Part shown: positions 1-8,455 of the stretch, in pieces | How the letters are laid out: every line of letters begins with the position of its first letter | Position numbering within the stretch: position 1 is the first letter of the stretch | Virus record (IMG/VR): IMGVR_UViG_3300032163_001294 | Coordinates: 1-35,760 of that record | Source: a virus | Taxonomy: Duplodnaviria > Caudoviricetes | DNA: 35,760 nt | Reading direction: 5' to 3' (one strand) | The notes under the pieces: generated by a model | The model's database searches: none | The model's input: the letters and a program-made list of their open reading frames with translations, nothing else | What the model was told of the DNA's origin: nothing | Translations under genes and position numbers: made by a program

Positions 1-143
1 AACGGAGAGGCGGGGTGGGGGGATTACGGCGCGGTGTACGAACCCAATCTGGACGTCGGCTATCAGGTGTGGATGCGCATGAATAGCGTAACTATGAGCC
101 AGGAGGAATTCGCGGCCCACGTGGAGTCCCGGATTCTGGATTT
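1..143. repeat. Terminal direct repeat, left copy (circular overlap)
   Basis: 1-143 is identical to 35618-35760 except T127 versus G35744. Confidence 0.97.
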
Positions 144-516
144 TCATCAACCGCCGGCGGCGGAGATGCTCTCCCTGGCGGAGAATTTTGAGACGTCGCG
201 GGAGATGAGATACTCCAAGTCGATCCGGCAGAGCGATGGATCGGTATCCCTGGCCTACGAGAACAAGGAGGGCGCCCCTGGCTCCGTGAAAATCCCCAGG
301 GAGTTTACCCTTCTTCTCCCCATATTCCAGGGGGAGGACCCGTCTTGGGTCACCGCCCGGCTACGGCACCGGTTGCAGGAGGGGAGGCTAGCCATCTGGT
401 ATGAGATTGTGGAAGCCGAGAAACGGGTGGAGGAGGCGTTCTTGAGGATCACTGTGGAGGTGAGGGAGAACACCGGCGTCCCCTTGTTCATGGGGCTGAA
501 TCCGAAGGCGAAATAA
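1..516 (+). CDS. C-terminal part of DUF2303 (YfdQ-like) phage protein; N-terminal part at 35312-35760
   Basis: Frame is open from base 1 and continuous with the ORF starting at 35312 through the terminal repeat; motifs SQEEFAAHVE, KIPREFTLLLPIFQGE, ARLRHRL resemble DUF2303. Confidence 0.8.
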   Translation, partial: NGEAGWGDYGAVYEPNLDVGYQVWMRMNSVTMSQEEFAAHVESRILDFHQPPAAEMLSLAENFETSREMRYSKSIRQSDGSVSLAYENKEGAPGSVKIPREFTLLLPIFQGEDPSWVTARLRHRLQEGRLAIWYEIVEAEKRVEEAFLRITVEVRENTGVPLFMGLNPKAK

Positions 517-531
517 GGGAACGCGAACCTG

Positions 532-831
532 ATGAACCTGATCGATAGGTTGAAACGATCCCAAGAGGAGTGCCGGGGCAACCCGCCGATAAAGCCCTCC
601 AACGGGGCTGAATACCTGATTTGGGAAACTATGTGGTGCGGGACGTGCGGACGGGCTGACGCGGTGTGCCACAACGAGGAGTTCGAGGACGACGTCGGCT
701 CCGTAGAGGATGGGTGGAAGCTGGGACCTCCGGAGGTCAACTGGATGGTCTGCGTGGGGTGGGAACCGGCGGGGCGTTTTTACGTCCCGGAGAATCAACT
801 GGGGTTATTTGGAGAGGCGAGGACGGCATGA
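532..831 (+). CDS. Small Cys-containing hypothetical phage protein
   Basis: 99-aa ORF with CxxC, tightly packed with an ATGA overlap to the next gene. Confidence 0.6.
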   Translation: MNLIDRLKRSQEECRGNPPIKPSNGAEYLIWETMWCGTCGRADAVCHNEEFEDDVGSVEDGWKLGPPEVNWMVCVGWEPAGRFYVPENQLGLFGEARTA

Positions 832-1742
832 TCGAGCACACGGCGGAATGGCATGAATGGCGCCGCCAGGGGATTGGCGGGTCTGACGTGGCGGACTTGC
901 TCAACCTGGAGCCGTATGGATGCGCCCGGAGGCTTTGGTACGTCAAACGGGGGCAGGCGCCGGATATGCCGGAGACCCGCAACCCCCATATGGAACGGGG
1001 AAGGGCGATGGAACAAGTAATAGCCAATATGTATGCCTCGACGACCAAAAACGTGATTTGGAAGGCAGTCCCGGCTGTTGGCGCTTCGCACCCGTTCTTA
1101 CGAGGGAACGCAGATCGGCTCATAACCCGGCGCGAGACAGGTTATGAGGGCGTTCTCGAAATCAAATGTCCGGCGATGCGGACGTTCCTTCATCTCAAAA
1201 AATCTGGACTGCCGGAGGCGTGGATCCTCCAGATGCAACACTATTTAGTGATTTACGACCTCACGTGGGGCGCGTTCGCCATCCTGTGGGCGGAGGGGTG
1301 GGAGTTCCTCACAATGGAAGTACGTAGGGATGATGAAATGATCGCCATGATTATCGAGGCGGAGACGGCGTTTTGGAAAAGAGTGGAGACCGGTTCGGCG
1401 CCGGACGCGCTGACGCCCGGCGATAAGCGATGCGGCTCGTGCCGCTGGGCGATTACGTGCTTGGGGCTGGAGGTGGCCATGATGGCGCCAAACCATGCGT
1501 TGGATCCCGCCGAGGCTGGAGAGATTATCGATTGCCGGGCCGATGCGGTTTTAGTCTCCGCCCTCGATAGCTATATCGAGGTCAAAAAAATTTGCAATGA
1601 TTCCGAATTCTTATTGGCGGATAAAAAGGAGGCGCTGATAAACGCCATGGATGGGCGCGCGAAAATCAGAACGGGATCGGGCAGGGCGACATGGAACCCG
1701 GCGACAAAGAGGTTGACGGTAACGGCGTATGGAGAATGGTGA
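828..1742 (+). CDS. YqaJ-like (lambda exo family) recombination exonuclease
   Basis: EWHEWRRQGIGGSD, G-N-A-D, LEIKC and Q-x-Q-H-Y motifs; likely ATG at 828 after a GGAGAGG/GAGGA RBS; upstream of RecT. Confidence 0.92.
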   Translation: MIEHTAEWHEWRRQGIGGSDVADLLNLEPYGCARRLWYVKRGQAPDMPETRNPHMERGRAMEQVIANMYASTTKNVIWKAVPAVGASHPFLRGNADRLITRRETGYEGVLEIKCPAMRTFLHLKKSGLPEAWILQMQHYLVIYDLTWGAFAILWAEGWEFLTMEVRRDDEMIAMIIEAETAFWKRVETGSAPDALTPGDKRCGSCRWAITCLGLEVAMMAPNHALDPAEAGEIIDCRADAVLVSALDSYIEVKKICNDSEFLLADKKEALINAMDGRAKIRTGSGRATWNPATKRLTVTAYGEW

Positions 1743-2410
1743 CGACTATGGAATTGGAAGAGGCTAAGGAAAAAGCGTTGGAGATGGCGTCTCTCGCCAA
1801 CGCGGTGGTGGCCATCGCCACCGATGATGATTACCGGCAAGCGGGGGAATTGCTCACCCGCATAAAGGGCCGGGCGCGTGATTTGGAGGAATTACGCAAA
1901 TCGTTAACCCGCCCGTTGGACGAGTCGAAGAAGAAGATCATGGCCCTTTTCGCCAAACCCCAGGATGACTTGGAGTCGGCGGAGGGGCGATTGAAAAAGG
2001 GCATGCTGGAATTCAGCCAACGCAAAGAGGCGGAGCGCCGGGCGGAGGAAGCCCGGCTAAAGAAAGAAGAGGAGGTGCGCAACAAGGCGGCGGAGGAAGC
2101 CCGGCTGAAACGGGTGGACGCCGCCTTGGCGGCGGGCGATGAGCGGGCCGCCGAGGAGATATTTAGCGCCCCCGCGTCGGCTCAAGCCATGGTAATTGTG
2201 GCAAAAATCGAACCGCCGAAAACGGCGGGGGTGAGCGTGAGGAAAGACTGGACCTGGCGTGTGCTCGATATCGGGCTACTACCCAAAGATTACATGCTCG
2301 TGAACGAATCGATGCTCACCGCCATAGCCAAAAGCTCCAAAGGCGCCATGAAAGTGCCTGGCGTGGAGTTTTATCAAAAAGAAACAATCGCCGCGTCGGC
2401 GCGGTATTAA
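1736..2410 (+). CDS. Coiled-coil phage protein of the recombination module
   Basis: Helical heptad protein ending VPGVEFYQKE, lying between exonuclease and RecT; function not assignable. Confidence 0.7.
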   Translation: MVTTMELEEAKEKALEMASLANAVVAIATDDDYRQAGELLTRIKGRARDLEELRKSLTRPLDESKKKIMALFAKPQDDLESAEGRLKKGMLEFSQRKEAERRAEEARLKKEEEVRNKAAEEARLKRVDAALAAGDERAAEEIFSAPASAQAMVIVAKIEPPKTAGVSVRKDWTWRVLDIGLLPKDYMLVNESMLTAIAKSSKGAMKVPGVEFYQKETIAASARY

Positions 2411-2426
2411 TTGGAAGGAGAAAACC

Positions 2427-3338
2427 ATGACACAGACACAGACACAGGCACAGGCGCCGCAAAAACCGAACGGGGGGGCGTCTGTCCCCGCCGCCAGCCC
2501 GATGAACACCATCCGGGACTTGCTGGATCGGGTGAAGGGGCAAATGGAGATGGCCGCGCCAAAACACCTTAACATCAACCGTCTGATCCGGGTGTCCCTT
2601 ACCGCCATCCAGAAAACCCCCCGGCTCATGGAGTGCGACACAAAAAGCCTGCTCGGCGCCATCATGCAGAGCGCCCAGCTGGGGCTGGAGCCGGACGGGA
2701 ACCTGGGGCGGGCGTACCTGATCCCCTATTACAACGGGAAAACGAAGAGGTACGAGGTCCAGTTCCAGATTGGGTACAAAGGATTACTGGTACTGGCACG
2801 GCGGAGTGGTGAGATCGTGTCCATTTCCGCCCAGGTGGTTCACGCCCGCGACGTGTTTGAGTTCGAATATGGGATCGAGGAAAAGCTCCGGCACGTGCCC
2901 GCCGGGGGCGACAGGGGGGAGATCGTGGCGGCCTATGCCGTGGCCCGGCTCAAGGGGGGGGGATATCAGTTCGACGTGATGACCCGTGAGGACGTCGACA
3001 AAATCCGGGCCGGGTCGAAGGCCAAGGATGACGGCCCGTGGGCGACACATTACGCCGAAATGGCGAGAAAAACCGTTCTGAAACGGCTATGCAAATACCT
3101 GCCCCAGGCGGTGGAGGCCCAAGACGCGGCCAGCCTGGATGACCAAGTGGAGGCGGGGGTGATAGAAATGGACGCCCCGCCGGCGGCCATGCTGGAGGGA
3201 AAGACGGCGGACCGGGCGGCGAATCTGAAGAACCGCCTGGCCAACGCCAGCCAGGTAGGCGGGGACATGGTGGACATGGAGACGGGGGAGGTGATCGAGG
3301 AGAAATCACCTGGAGAGGGAGAGAGGGATTGTGGCTAA
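2427..3338 (+). CDS. recT: RecT single-strand annealing protein
   Basis: SLLGAIMQSAQLGLEPD, AYLIPY, FQIGYKGL, PWATHYAEMARKTVLKRLCKYLP motifs; AAGGAG RBS. Confidence 0.95.
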   Translation: MTQTQTQAQAPQKPNGGASVPAASPMNTIRDLLDRVKGQMEMAAPKHLNINRLIRVSLTAIQKTPRLMECDTKSLLGAIMQSAQLGLEPDGNLGRAYLIPYYNGKTKRYEVQFQIGYKGLLVLARRSGEIVSISAQVVHARDVFEFEYGIEEKLRHVPAGGDRGEIVAAYAVARLKGGGYQFDVMTREDVDKIRAGSKAKDDGPWATHYAEMARKTVLKRLCKYLPQAVEAQDAASLDDQVEAGVIEMDAPPAAMLEGKTADRAANLKNRLANASQVGGDMVDMETGEVIEEKSPGEGERDCG

Positions 3339-4389
3339 TCCAAAATTCTGGAGCGTGGCGAAGTTCGCGGAGTTTCAGCATTACCGCCAGCGGAACCCGC
3401 CATGGATAAAACTCCATACCGCCCTTTTGGATGAGGAGCGGTACATCGCGCTCCCGGACGCGCAGAAGGCGGCCCTGATGGGGTTATTCCTGCAGGCGGC
3501 CCGAAGTAACAACAAAATAATGAACGACGCCCGGTGGCTTCAGGGAAAGCTGGGGATGAAAGTGAAGCCCGACCTGGAGATGCTGGCGGCCCGGAAATGG
3601 CTGGTGCCATACCATGACGCTAGCGACCCAGTGGAGGTAAATCGCCAGCGTGGCTCTAGCAAAACTCTAGCGTCAGGCGCTAGCAAGGCGCTAGCGCGTG
3701 ATGCGCGTGACGCGCAAGACACACAAGAAACTAACAAAAAAACCAACAAAACACCAACACGCAACACGCAAAACTCTGACAAAACACCAACACGCAACAC
3801 GCAAAACTCTGACAAAACACCAACACGCAACACGCAAAACTCTGACAAAACACCAACAAAACCCCAATATAACGCTAGCAAGACGCTAGCGCGTGACGCT
3901 AGCAAAACTCTAGCGTCAGGGCGCTTGCCGCAGTCAGAGACAGAGACAGAGACAGAGACATATATACAAGATCCCCCCCCTACCCCCCCTCCGGGAAAAT
4001 CCGGCGACGGGTATCCATCGCGGGGGGCGGGGGGGCGGGGGGTTGGGGATTTTGACAACGGCCAGAAAATTCTGCAAGCGTGGAATGCGATGGCGGAGGG
4101 GAGCGGGTTGGCGGGAGTGAGCTTAATGACACCGGGGCGGTTGTCGATGCTGAAGCGGCTACTGACCCTGGGGGGTTGGGATTGGACCGTTTTGGTGGAC
4201 GTCGCCAAAAAAGCTTATACGCTCAAAAACGGGACGTTTTCCCCAGATTTCGATTGGGTGTTTGGCCGGAGGGAGAACTGCTTGCGCGTGCTAGAGCGGG
4301 CCAAGGCGGCCGGTAACGGCGGGGGGACGACCCCGGCTCTGGATAAACTCGAAAAGGCTTTGGAGGGGAATCATGCGGAGACCGTCTGA
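3331..4389 (+). CDS. Phage replication initiator protein
   Basis: N-terminal FQHYRQRNPPWIKLH, central repeats, ETETET linker, C-terminal DFDWVF motif; precedes a DnaC-like gene. Confidence 0.75.
   Translation: MANPKFWSVAKFAEFQHYRQRNPPWIKLHTALLDEERYIALPDAQKAALMGLFLQAARSNNKIMNDARWLQGKLGMKVKPDLEMLAARKWLVPYHDASDPVEVNRQRGSSKTLASGASKALARDARDAQDTQETNKKTNKTPTRNTQNSDKTPTRNTQNSDKTPTRNTQNSDKTPTKPQYNASKTLARDASKTLASGRLPQSETETETETYIQDPPPTPPPGKSGDGYPSRGAGGRGVGDFDNGQKILQAWNAMAEGSGLAGVSLMTPGRLSMLKRLLTLGGWDWTVLVDVAKKAYTLKNGTFSPDFDWVFGRRENCLRVLERAKAAGNGGGTTPALDKLEKALEGNHAETV
3656..3920. repeat. Putative replication origin: iterons flanking a 33-bp tandem repeat
   Basis: CTAGC at 3656/3667/3680/3691 and 3875/3886/3899/3910; about 3.4 copies of CAAAACACCAACACGCAACACGCAAAACTCTGA at 3747-3858. 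Confidence 0.75.
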
Positions 4390-5179
4390 GATCATGGGGG
4401 GGGGCGCCACCCCGGAGGAAATGGCGGAGGCGGGGAGGATTTTCGCCGAGAACCTGCCGGTGCGGACATGCAAACAATGCGGAGGCGAGGGAAACGACGT
4501 CGGACCCGCTCTGGTCTGCCAGGCATGCCGCGATAAAAACCAGCGGATACAGTCCGCCATTGGGCGGCTTCCCACCAGCCTGCGGGGGATGAAATGGTGG
4601 GAGATATGGGAAAATTCAGGGTCCGGCGCCCCCCTCGGGAACATGGTCGGCGTTAAATATCACCTGCTTTCCGCATATCCCAAACGGCGGTCCGTGTATC
4701 TGCATGGGGGTTCCGGTTGCGGGAAAACGTCGTTGTTCGCCGCGATGTACAGGCGGGCGGCGGTGGCGGATATCCCCGTCCGTTGGACGCATAGCCAGGG
4801 GTTTTATGATCTGCTGAAGGCCGGATATCAAGCCGGGCGGGGGGACGCCGACCTGATATCTGAGTTGGTTTATACCGCCCGGACGGGCATTTTGTTCATC
4901 GATGACTTGGGGGTTAAAAACCCCGGAGCCTGGGCCGTGGAGGCGCTGGAGACGCTTATCCAGCGGCTGTACGAGGAGCGGGGGGAAACGTGCGTCTGGA
5001 TATCGAGCAATTATTCGCTGGCCCGGCTGACGCGGCGTCTGCTGGTGACGGGTCCAGGCGATGACGCGGTGGCGCGGGAGAACGCGGTGATCGCCGTGGA
5101 ACGGGTGGTTAGCCGTATCCGGGAAATGACTCAGGAAATAGAGTTGACGGCTCCGAATTGGCGGATGAAGCAACGGTAA
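4373..5179 (+). CDS. DnaC/IstB-like AAA+ helicase loader
   Basis: N-terminal CxxC...CxxC, Walker A GGSGCGKT, Walker B LFIDDLG, ISSN and SRIREM motifs. Confidence 0.88.
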   Translation: MRRPSEIMGGGATPEEMAEAGRIFAENLPVRTCKQCGGEGNDVGPALVCQACRDKNQRIQSAIGRLPTSLRGMKWWEIWENSGSGAPLGNMVGVKYHLLSAYPKRRSVYLHGGSGCGKTSLFAAMYRRAAVADIPVRWTHSQGFYDLLKAGYQAGRGDADLISELVYTARTGILFIDDLGVKNPGAWAVEALETLIQRLYEERGETCVWISSNYSLARLTRRLLVTGPGDDAVARENAVIAVERVVSRIREMTQEIELTAPNWRMKQR

Positions 5180-5190
5180 GGTATGACGGT

Positions 5191-5712
5191 ATGGATGATT
5201 ACTTGCCCGATCTGGCGCGGGAACGGGCGTGGAACCTGTTCATCGCGGATATGACGGGATGCTCTCTGGATGGGGATGAAGACGATGACGGATCACACCA
5301 CTCATCCAAACGGGATATCCCGGAGGTAAAACCTAAGGTGATTTATGTCCCGGCGTCGCGGCTGGCCTTCGGCTCCGAGGATAAGAAAAAACAGGGGGAC
5401 GTGTCGAAATCATACTCGGCGGACCTGATCGCCATGAAGGGGACGGTGAGTATCCCATTCCTCCTCGATGGGGGAATGTACGTGAATGTTGGGAGCGCAA
5501 TAAACCAAGGCGACGGCGCCATCATGGCATACCGGCTGGCGCCGGAAGATGAATATCAAGGCTCGGCATGGGCGTACCGCGAACATCCTTACTATGGGTA
5601 TGAGGGAATGAAAGTTACATGGCGGAAGCGTTTGTACGTGCTTACGGGGCGGATAACCGTACTACCCGAGCCGGATAATGGGCCATTGTTCGCGGAAGCC
5701 TCGCGATTATGA
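5191..5712 (+). CDS. Hypothetical protein
   Basis: ORF fills the gap between the loader and the methylase, with an ATGA overlap at 5709; start uncertain. Confidence 0.6.
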   Translation: MDDYLPDLARERAWNLFIADMTGCSLDGDEDDDGSHHSSKRDIPEVKPKVIYVPASRLAFGSEDKKKQGDVSKSYSADLIAMKGTVSIPFLLDGGMYVNVGSAINQGDGAIMAYRLAPEDEYQGSAWAYREHPYYGYEGMKVTWRKRLYVLTGRITVLPEPDNGPLFAEASRL

Positions 5713-6551
5713 CAACCCACCCGCCGATCCGCCGTCCGATTATGCGGTATCCCGGCGGCAAATGGATCCTGGCCCGCCGGATTATTCCGCATTTCCCAGA
5801 GCATCGCGTATACGTGGAACCCTACGCCGGGGCCGCATCGGTGCTACTCCAGAAACCCAGGGCATACGCCGAGATCGTCAACGATCTGGACGGGGAGATA
5901 GTCAACGTGTTCCGGGTGCTCCAAAACAGGGAGGCTGCGGCGGAGCTGGAGCGGATGGTCAGGGTAACTCCGTTTTCGCGGGCGGAATTTTTGCTCGCGT
6001 ATGAACGAAACGACGATACGGTGGAGAGGGCGCGGCGGGCATTGATCCGCTCGTTTATGGGGCATGGGAGCGATTCGGTACATCGGCGTAGCGGATACAG
6101 GAGCAAGTCGTTCAGGAGCGGGCTTCCCCCCGCTGGGGACTGGCGGAATTACCCGAATCATATAGCTAGGTTTTGCGAACGGATACAGGGCGTGAACGTC
6201 GAAAATCGCCCAGCGTTAGATTTAATTCGTCACGTCGACGGGGCGGGAGTCCTTTTCTACGTTGACCCCCCTTACGTTTTGAGCACGAGGCAGGGCGGAC
6301 TATACACATACGAGATGACGGATGCGGATCACTCGGAACTGCTGGCCTCGCTGTTGCGAGTAAAAGGGATGGTGGTTATATCGGGTTACGACCATGAGAT
6401 TTACCGCGACACACTTCAGGGATGGCGCGCGGTACGTATGGACACATATGCGGATGGGGCGCGGAAACGAGAAGAGATTTTGTGGTTTTCTCCCAATATT
6501 TCGCCCCGGCGGGAGGGGCTGTTTAGTTGGAATGCTTCAGAAAGAAGTTGA
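5709..6551 (+). CDS. DNA adenine methyltransferase (D12/Dam family)
   Basis: RYPGGK, YVEPYAG, NDLD and FYVDPPY motifs. Confidence 0.95.
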   Translation: MTTHPPIRRPIMRYPGGKWILARRIIPHFPEHRVYVEPYAGAASVLLQKPRAYAEIVNDLDGEIVNVFRVLQNREAAAELERMVRVTPFSRAEFLLAYERNDDTVERARRALIRSFMGHGSDSVHRRSGYRSKSFRSGLPPAGDWRNYPNHIARFCERIQGVNVENRPALDLIRHVDGAGVLFYVDPPYVLSTRQGGLYTYEMTDADHSELLASLLRVKGMVVISGYDHEIYRDTLQGWRAVRMDTYADGARKREEILWFSPNISPRREGLFSWNASERS

Positions 6552-6614
6552 CCTGTGGAAATAACCGCGTTCGATATGCTATCGTTCCAACTGGCGAGTT
6601 GGGAGGGCGATGGT

Positions 6615-7823
6615 ATGAAGATCGTGGTGCGTTCAAACGAAACATGCTTGGATTGTGGAATCCTGTTCAAAGAATCAAACGGATTCAGGTGTGACGTTCA
6701 CAGGAGAGGGACTGAAAGGGTATACCTGGATATAACCGGGGTAAAGGGTGGGAGGAGAAAAATCTATAAAGACCGGGACGGGCATGTTCTGCACAGGTTC
6801 ACCGTGTTTTCGCTGAAGGACCGGATCGTCAGAGAGATCGAACGGGGGGTTTTTAACGTCAAGGATTACCTGCCCCGCCACAAAGAGAGGTTCCGGTTCG
6901 AGGCGTACAGCCAAACCTATTTAATGGATCAACAGCGCCGGGCCGGGCTGGATCCTGGACATGAGGGTTGGCTGTCGCGGTCTGGGTTCGAGGATATCAG
7001 GAAGGCCCAAAAATTTTTCGGTTTTTTCGCGGAGATGGATATCCAAGAGATAAGGAAACCGCAGATAGCGGATTGGTTGGTTTCCCTTGAATGCTCCAGA
7101 AACCAAAAGCGGAAGCTGGTGGGGAGCTTGGGGCACATTCTTCGGTGGGCGCATGGCCGGGAGGATTTGAAAACCGTCCCAGTTTTGCCATTGATTACGG
7201 CCCCCAAGAAGAAAAAAGCTGGGCTTACGCAGGATCAACAGGCGGCAATCCTTGCGCGAATCCCCGAGGGGATGACGCGGTGGATATTGTCATGGGCCAT
7301 GGAGTCTGGCCGGCGGATAAATGAATATCGAGCGACACGGGTTCAGGACGTGGTGTTCTCAAGGGCCGCCTACATTCTGGCCGGTGCGTTTGATATGGAG
7401 GTATGGAAACCGTTCCCGAAGGTGGAGGGCCACGCGGGCCGGGAGTTCCCATTGACCCCCTTGATGGCGGAGGTGGCGCGAAAAGCCCTGGCGGCCCGGC
7501 CACAACTCATCGGGCCGTCCGATTATCTTTTCGTCATGGAGGGCGCGGCAAAACCCTACACTGATTCAGTTCTCCGAAAGCTGTTTACCAGAGCCGCCAC
7601 GCTGGCCGGGATCAGATGCACTCTGAATGAATTTGGGCGCCATTCCATGGGAAAACAGTTACGGGAAGCCGGGGCCACGTATTCCGATATCGCGGACATC
7701 TTGGACAACGGGGAGGCCGTAGCTAGATCGAATTACACGTCAATGGACGTAGTAAAAAAGGGGAAAATCGTGGGATTAAAAATCTCCCACGGACAACCCA
7801 CGGACAGGTTGGCGAAAGGGTAA
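6615..7823 (+). CDS. int: Tyrosine integrase
   Basis: Box I GRRINE, GRHS, C-terminal Tyr (SNYT); GGGAGG RBS before ATG 6615; adjacent to attP. Confidence 0.85.
   Translation: MKIVVRSNETCLDCGILFKESNGFRCDVHRRGTERVYLDITGVKGGRRKIYKDRDGHVLHRFTVFSLKDRIVREIERGVFNVKDYLPRHKERFRFEAYSQTYLMDQQRRAGLDPGHEGWLSRSGFEDIRKAQKFFGFFAEMDIQEIRKPQIADWLVSLECSRNQKRKLVGSLGHILRWAHGREDLKTVPVLPLITAPKKKKAGLTQDQQAAILARIPEGMTRWILSWAMESGRRINEYRATRVQDVVFSRAAYILAGAFDMEVWKPFPKVEGHAGREFPLTPLMAEVARKALAARPQLIGPSDYLFVMEGAAKPYTDSVLRKLFTRAATLAGIRCTLNEFGRHSMGKQLREAGATYSDIADILDNGEAVARSNYTSMDVVKKGKIVGLKISHGQPTDRLAKG
7787..7806 (+). repeat. Integrase arm-type site pair, left
   Basis: CCACGGACAACCCACGGACA, identical to 7928-7947. Confidence 0.75.
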
Positions 7824-7853
7824 CTCGTTGTAATAAAAAGATAAAAGCATTTT

Positions 7854-7885
7854 GGCGAGGGGTTCGACTCCCCTCGCCTCCACCA
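7854..7885 (+). other. attP core: 3' end of tmRNA (ssrA) or tRNA-Ala, T-arm plus acceptor strand
   Basis: AGGGG-TTCGACT-CCCCT-CGCCTCC-A-CCA; the acceptor strand would pair with GGGGGCG giving G3:U70 with A73 (Ala identity); no 5' half is present. Confidence 0.85.
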
Positions 7886-7927
7886 TAACCCACTGAATAA
7901 TCAAGCCCCAAAAATTCCCTTTCGTTT

Positions 7928-7947
7928 CCACGGACAACCCACGGACA
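7928..7947 (+). repeat. Integrase arm-type site pair, right
   Basis: CCACGGACAACCCACGGACA, identical to 7787-7806. Confidence 0.75.
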
Positions 7948-7991
7948 ATGACGGTAGCCCGACCGTTTTTGTGGGATATTTATTTTTTCTG

Positions 7992-8021
7992 TTGACATAT
8001 AACCTGTAGGTTATGGATACT
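7992..8021 (+). promoter_or_regulatory. Late-gene sigma70-type promoter with a palindromic operator in the spacer
   Basis: TTGACA-18 nt-GATACT; the spacer holds ATAACCT-GT-AGGTTAT (7999-8014). Confidence 0.7.
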
Positions 8022-8068
8022 ATGGGCGATTAGGCACAAATCTTGGCGGGTATTGATGGGTAGATCGG

Positions 8069-8455
8069 GTGACCATCGCCAAGAAAGGGCCGAAGAAAAA
8101 GTCAGCGGTTCCGCGTGACGCGAAGGGCCGCATCCTTCCTGGCGCTTGCCAAAATCCCTCCGGCCGGCCAAAAGGTTCAGTCAATATTCTTTCCAAACTC
8201 CGCGATGAAATTTTCAAAGCTCTGGCGATTTGCGAATCAAAAGGTAAACCGTTTTCAGCGCTCCTGGCCAATTGGTTTCTGGAAGCCAAGCCGCAAACTG
8301 GAGCCACCCTCACCCGCGCTATAGCGGCTCTTATGCCAAAAGAGGTGATGGTTGACGGCACGATCAACCACCTCCATAGCCTAACCGACGAAGAGCTTGA
8401 CCAGCTGATAAAGGACAAGCTCGGAAAGGTGGAGGATGGGAAACGCGGTAGCTGA
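8069..8455 (+). CDS. terS: Probable terminase small subunit
   Basis: NPSGRPKGS motif, C-terminal LTDEELD; directly upstream of the large terminase. Confidence 0.75.
   Translation: MTIAKKGPKKKSAVPRDAKGRILPGACQNPSGRPKGSVNILSKLRDEIFKALAICESKGKPFSALLANWFLEAKPQTGATLTRAIAALMPKEVMVDGTINHLHSLTDEELDQLIKDKLGKVEDGKRGS

Noticed and set aside
3747-3858. CRISPR array
   Set aside because: Head-to-tail 33-bp repeats with no spacers, in frame within the initiator gene
3935-3960. (CAGAGA)n microsatellite as a phase-variation tract
   Set aside because: Hexamer unit keeps the frame and encodes the ETETET linker common in phage initiators
6548-6580. Integrase promoter TTGACC...TATGCT
   Set aside because: The 21-nt spacer is too long for an ordinary sigma70 promoter; not supportable without data
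7854-7885. Complete tRNA or tmRNA gene
   Set aside because: Only the T-arm and 3' acceptor strand are present; upstream is AT-rich sequence and the int 3' end, so this is an att core
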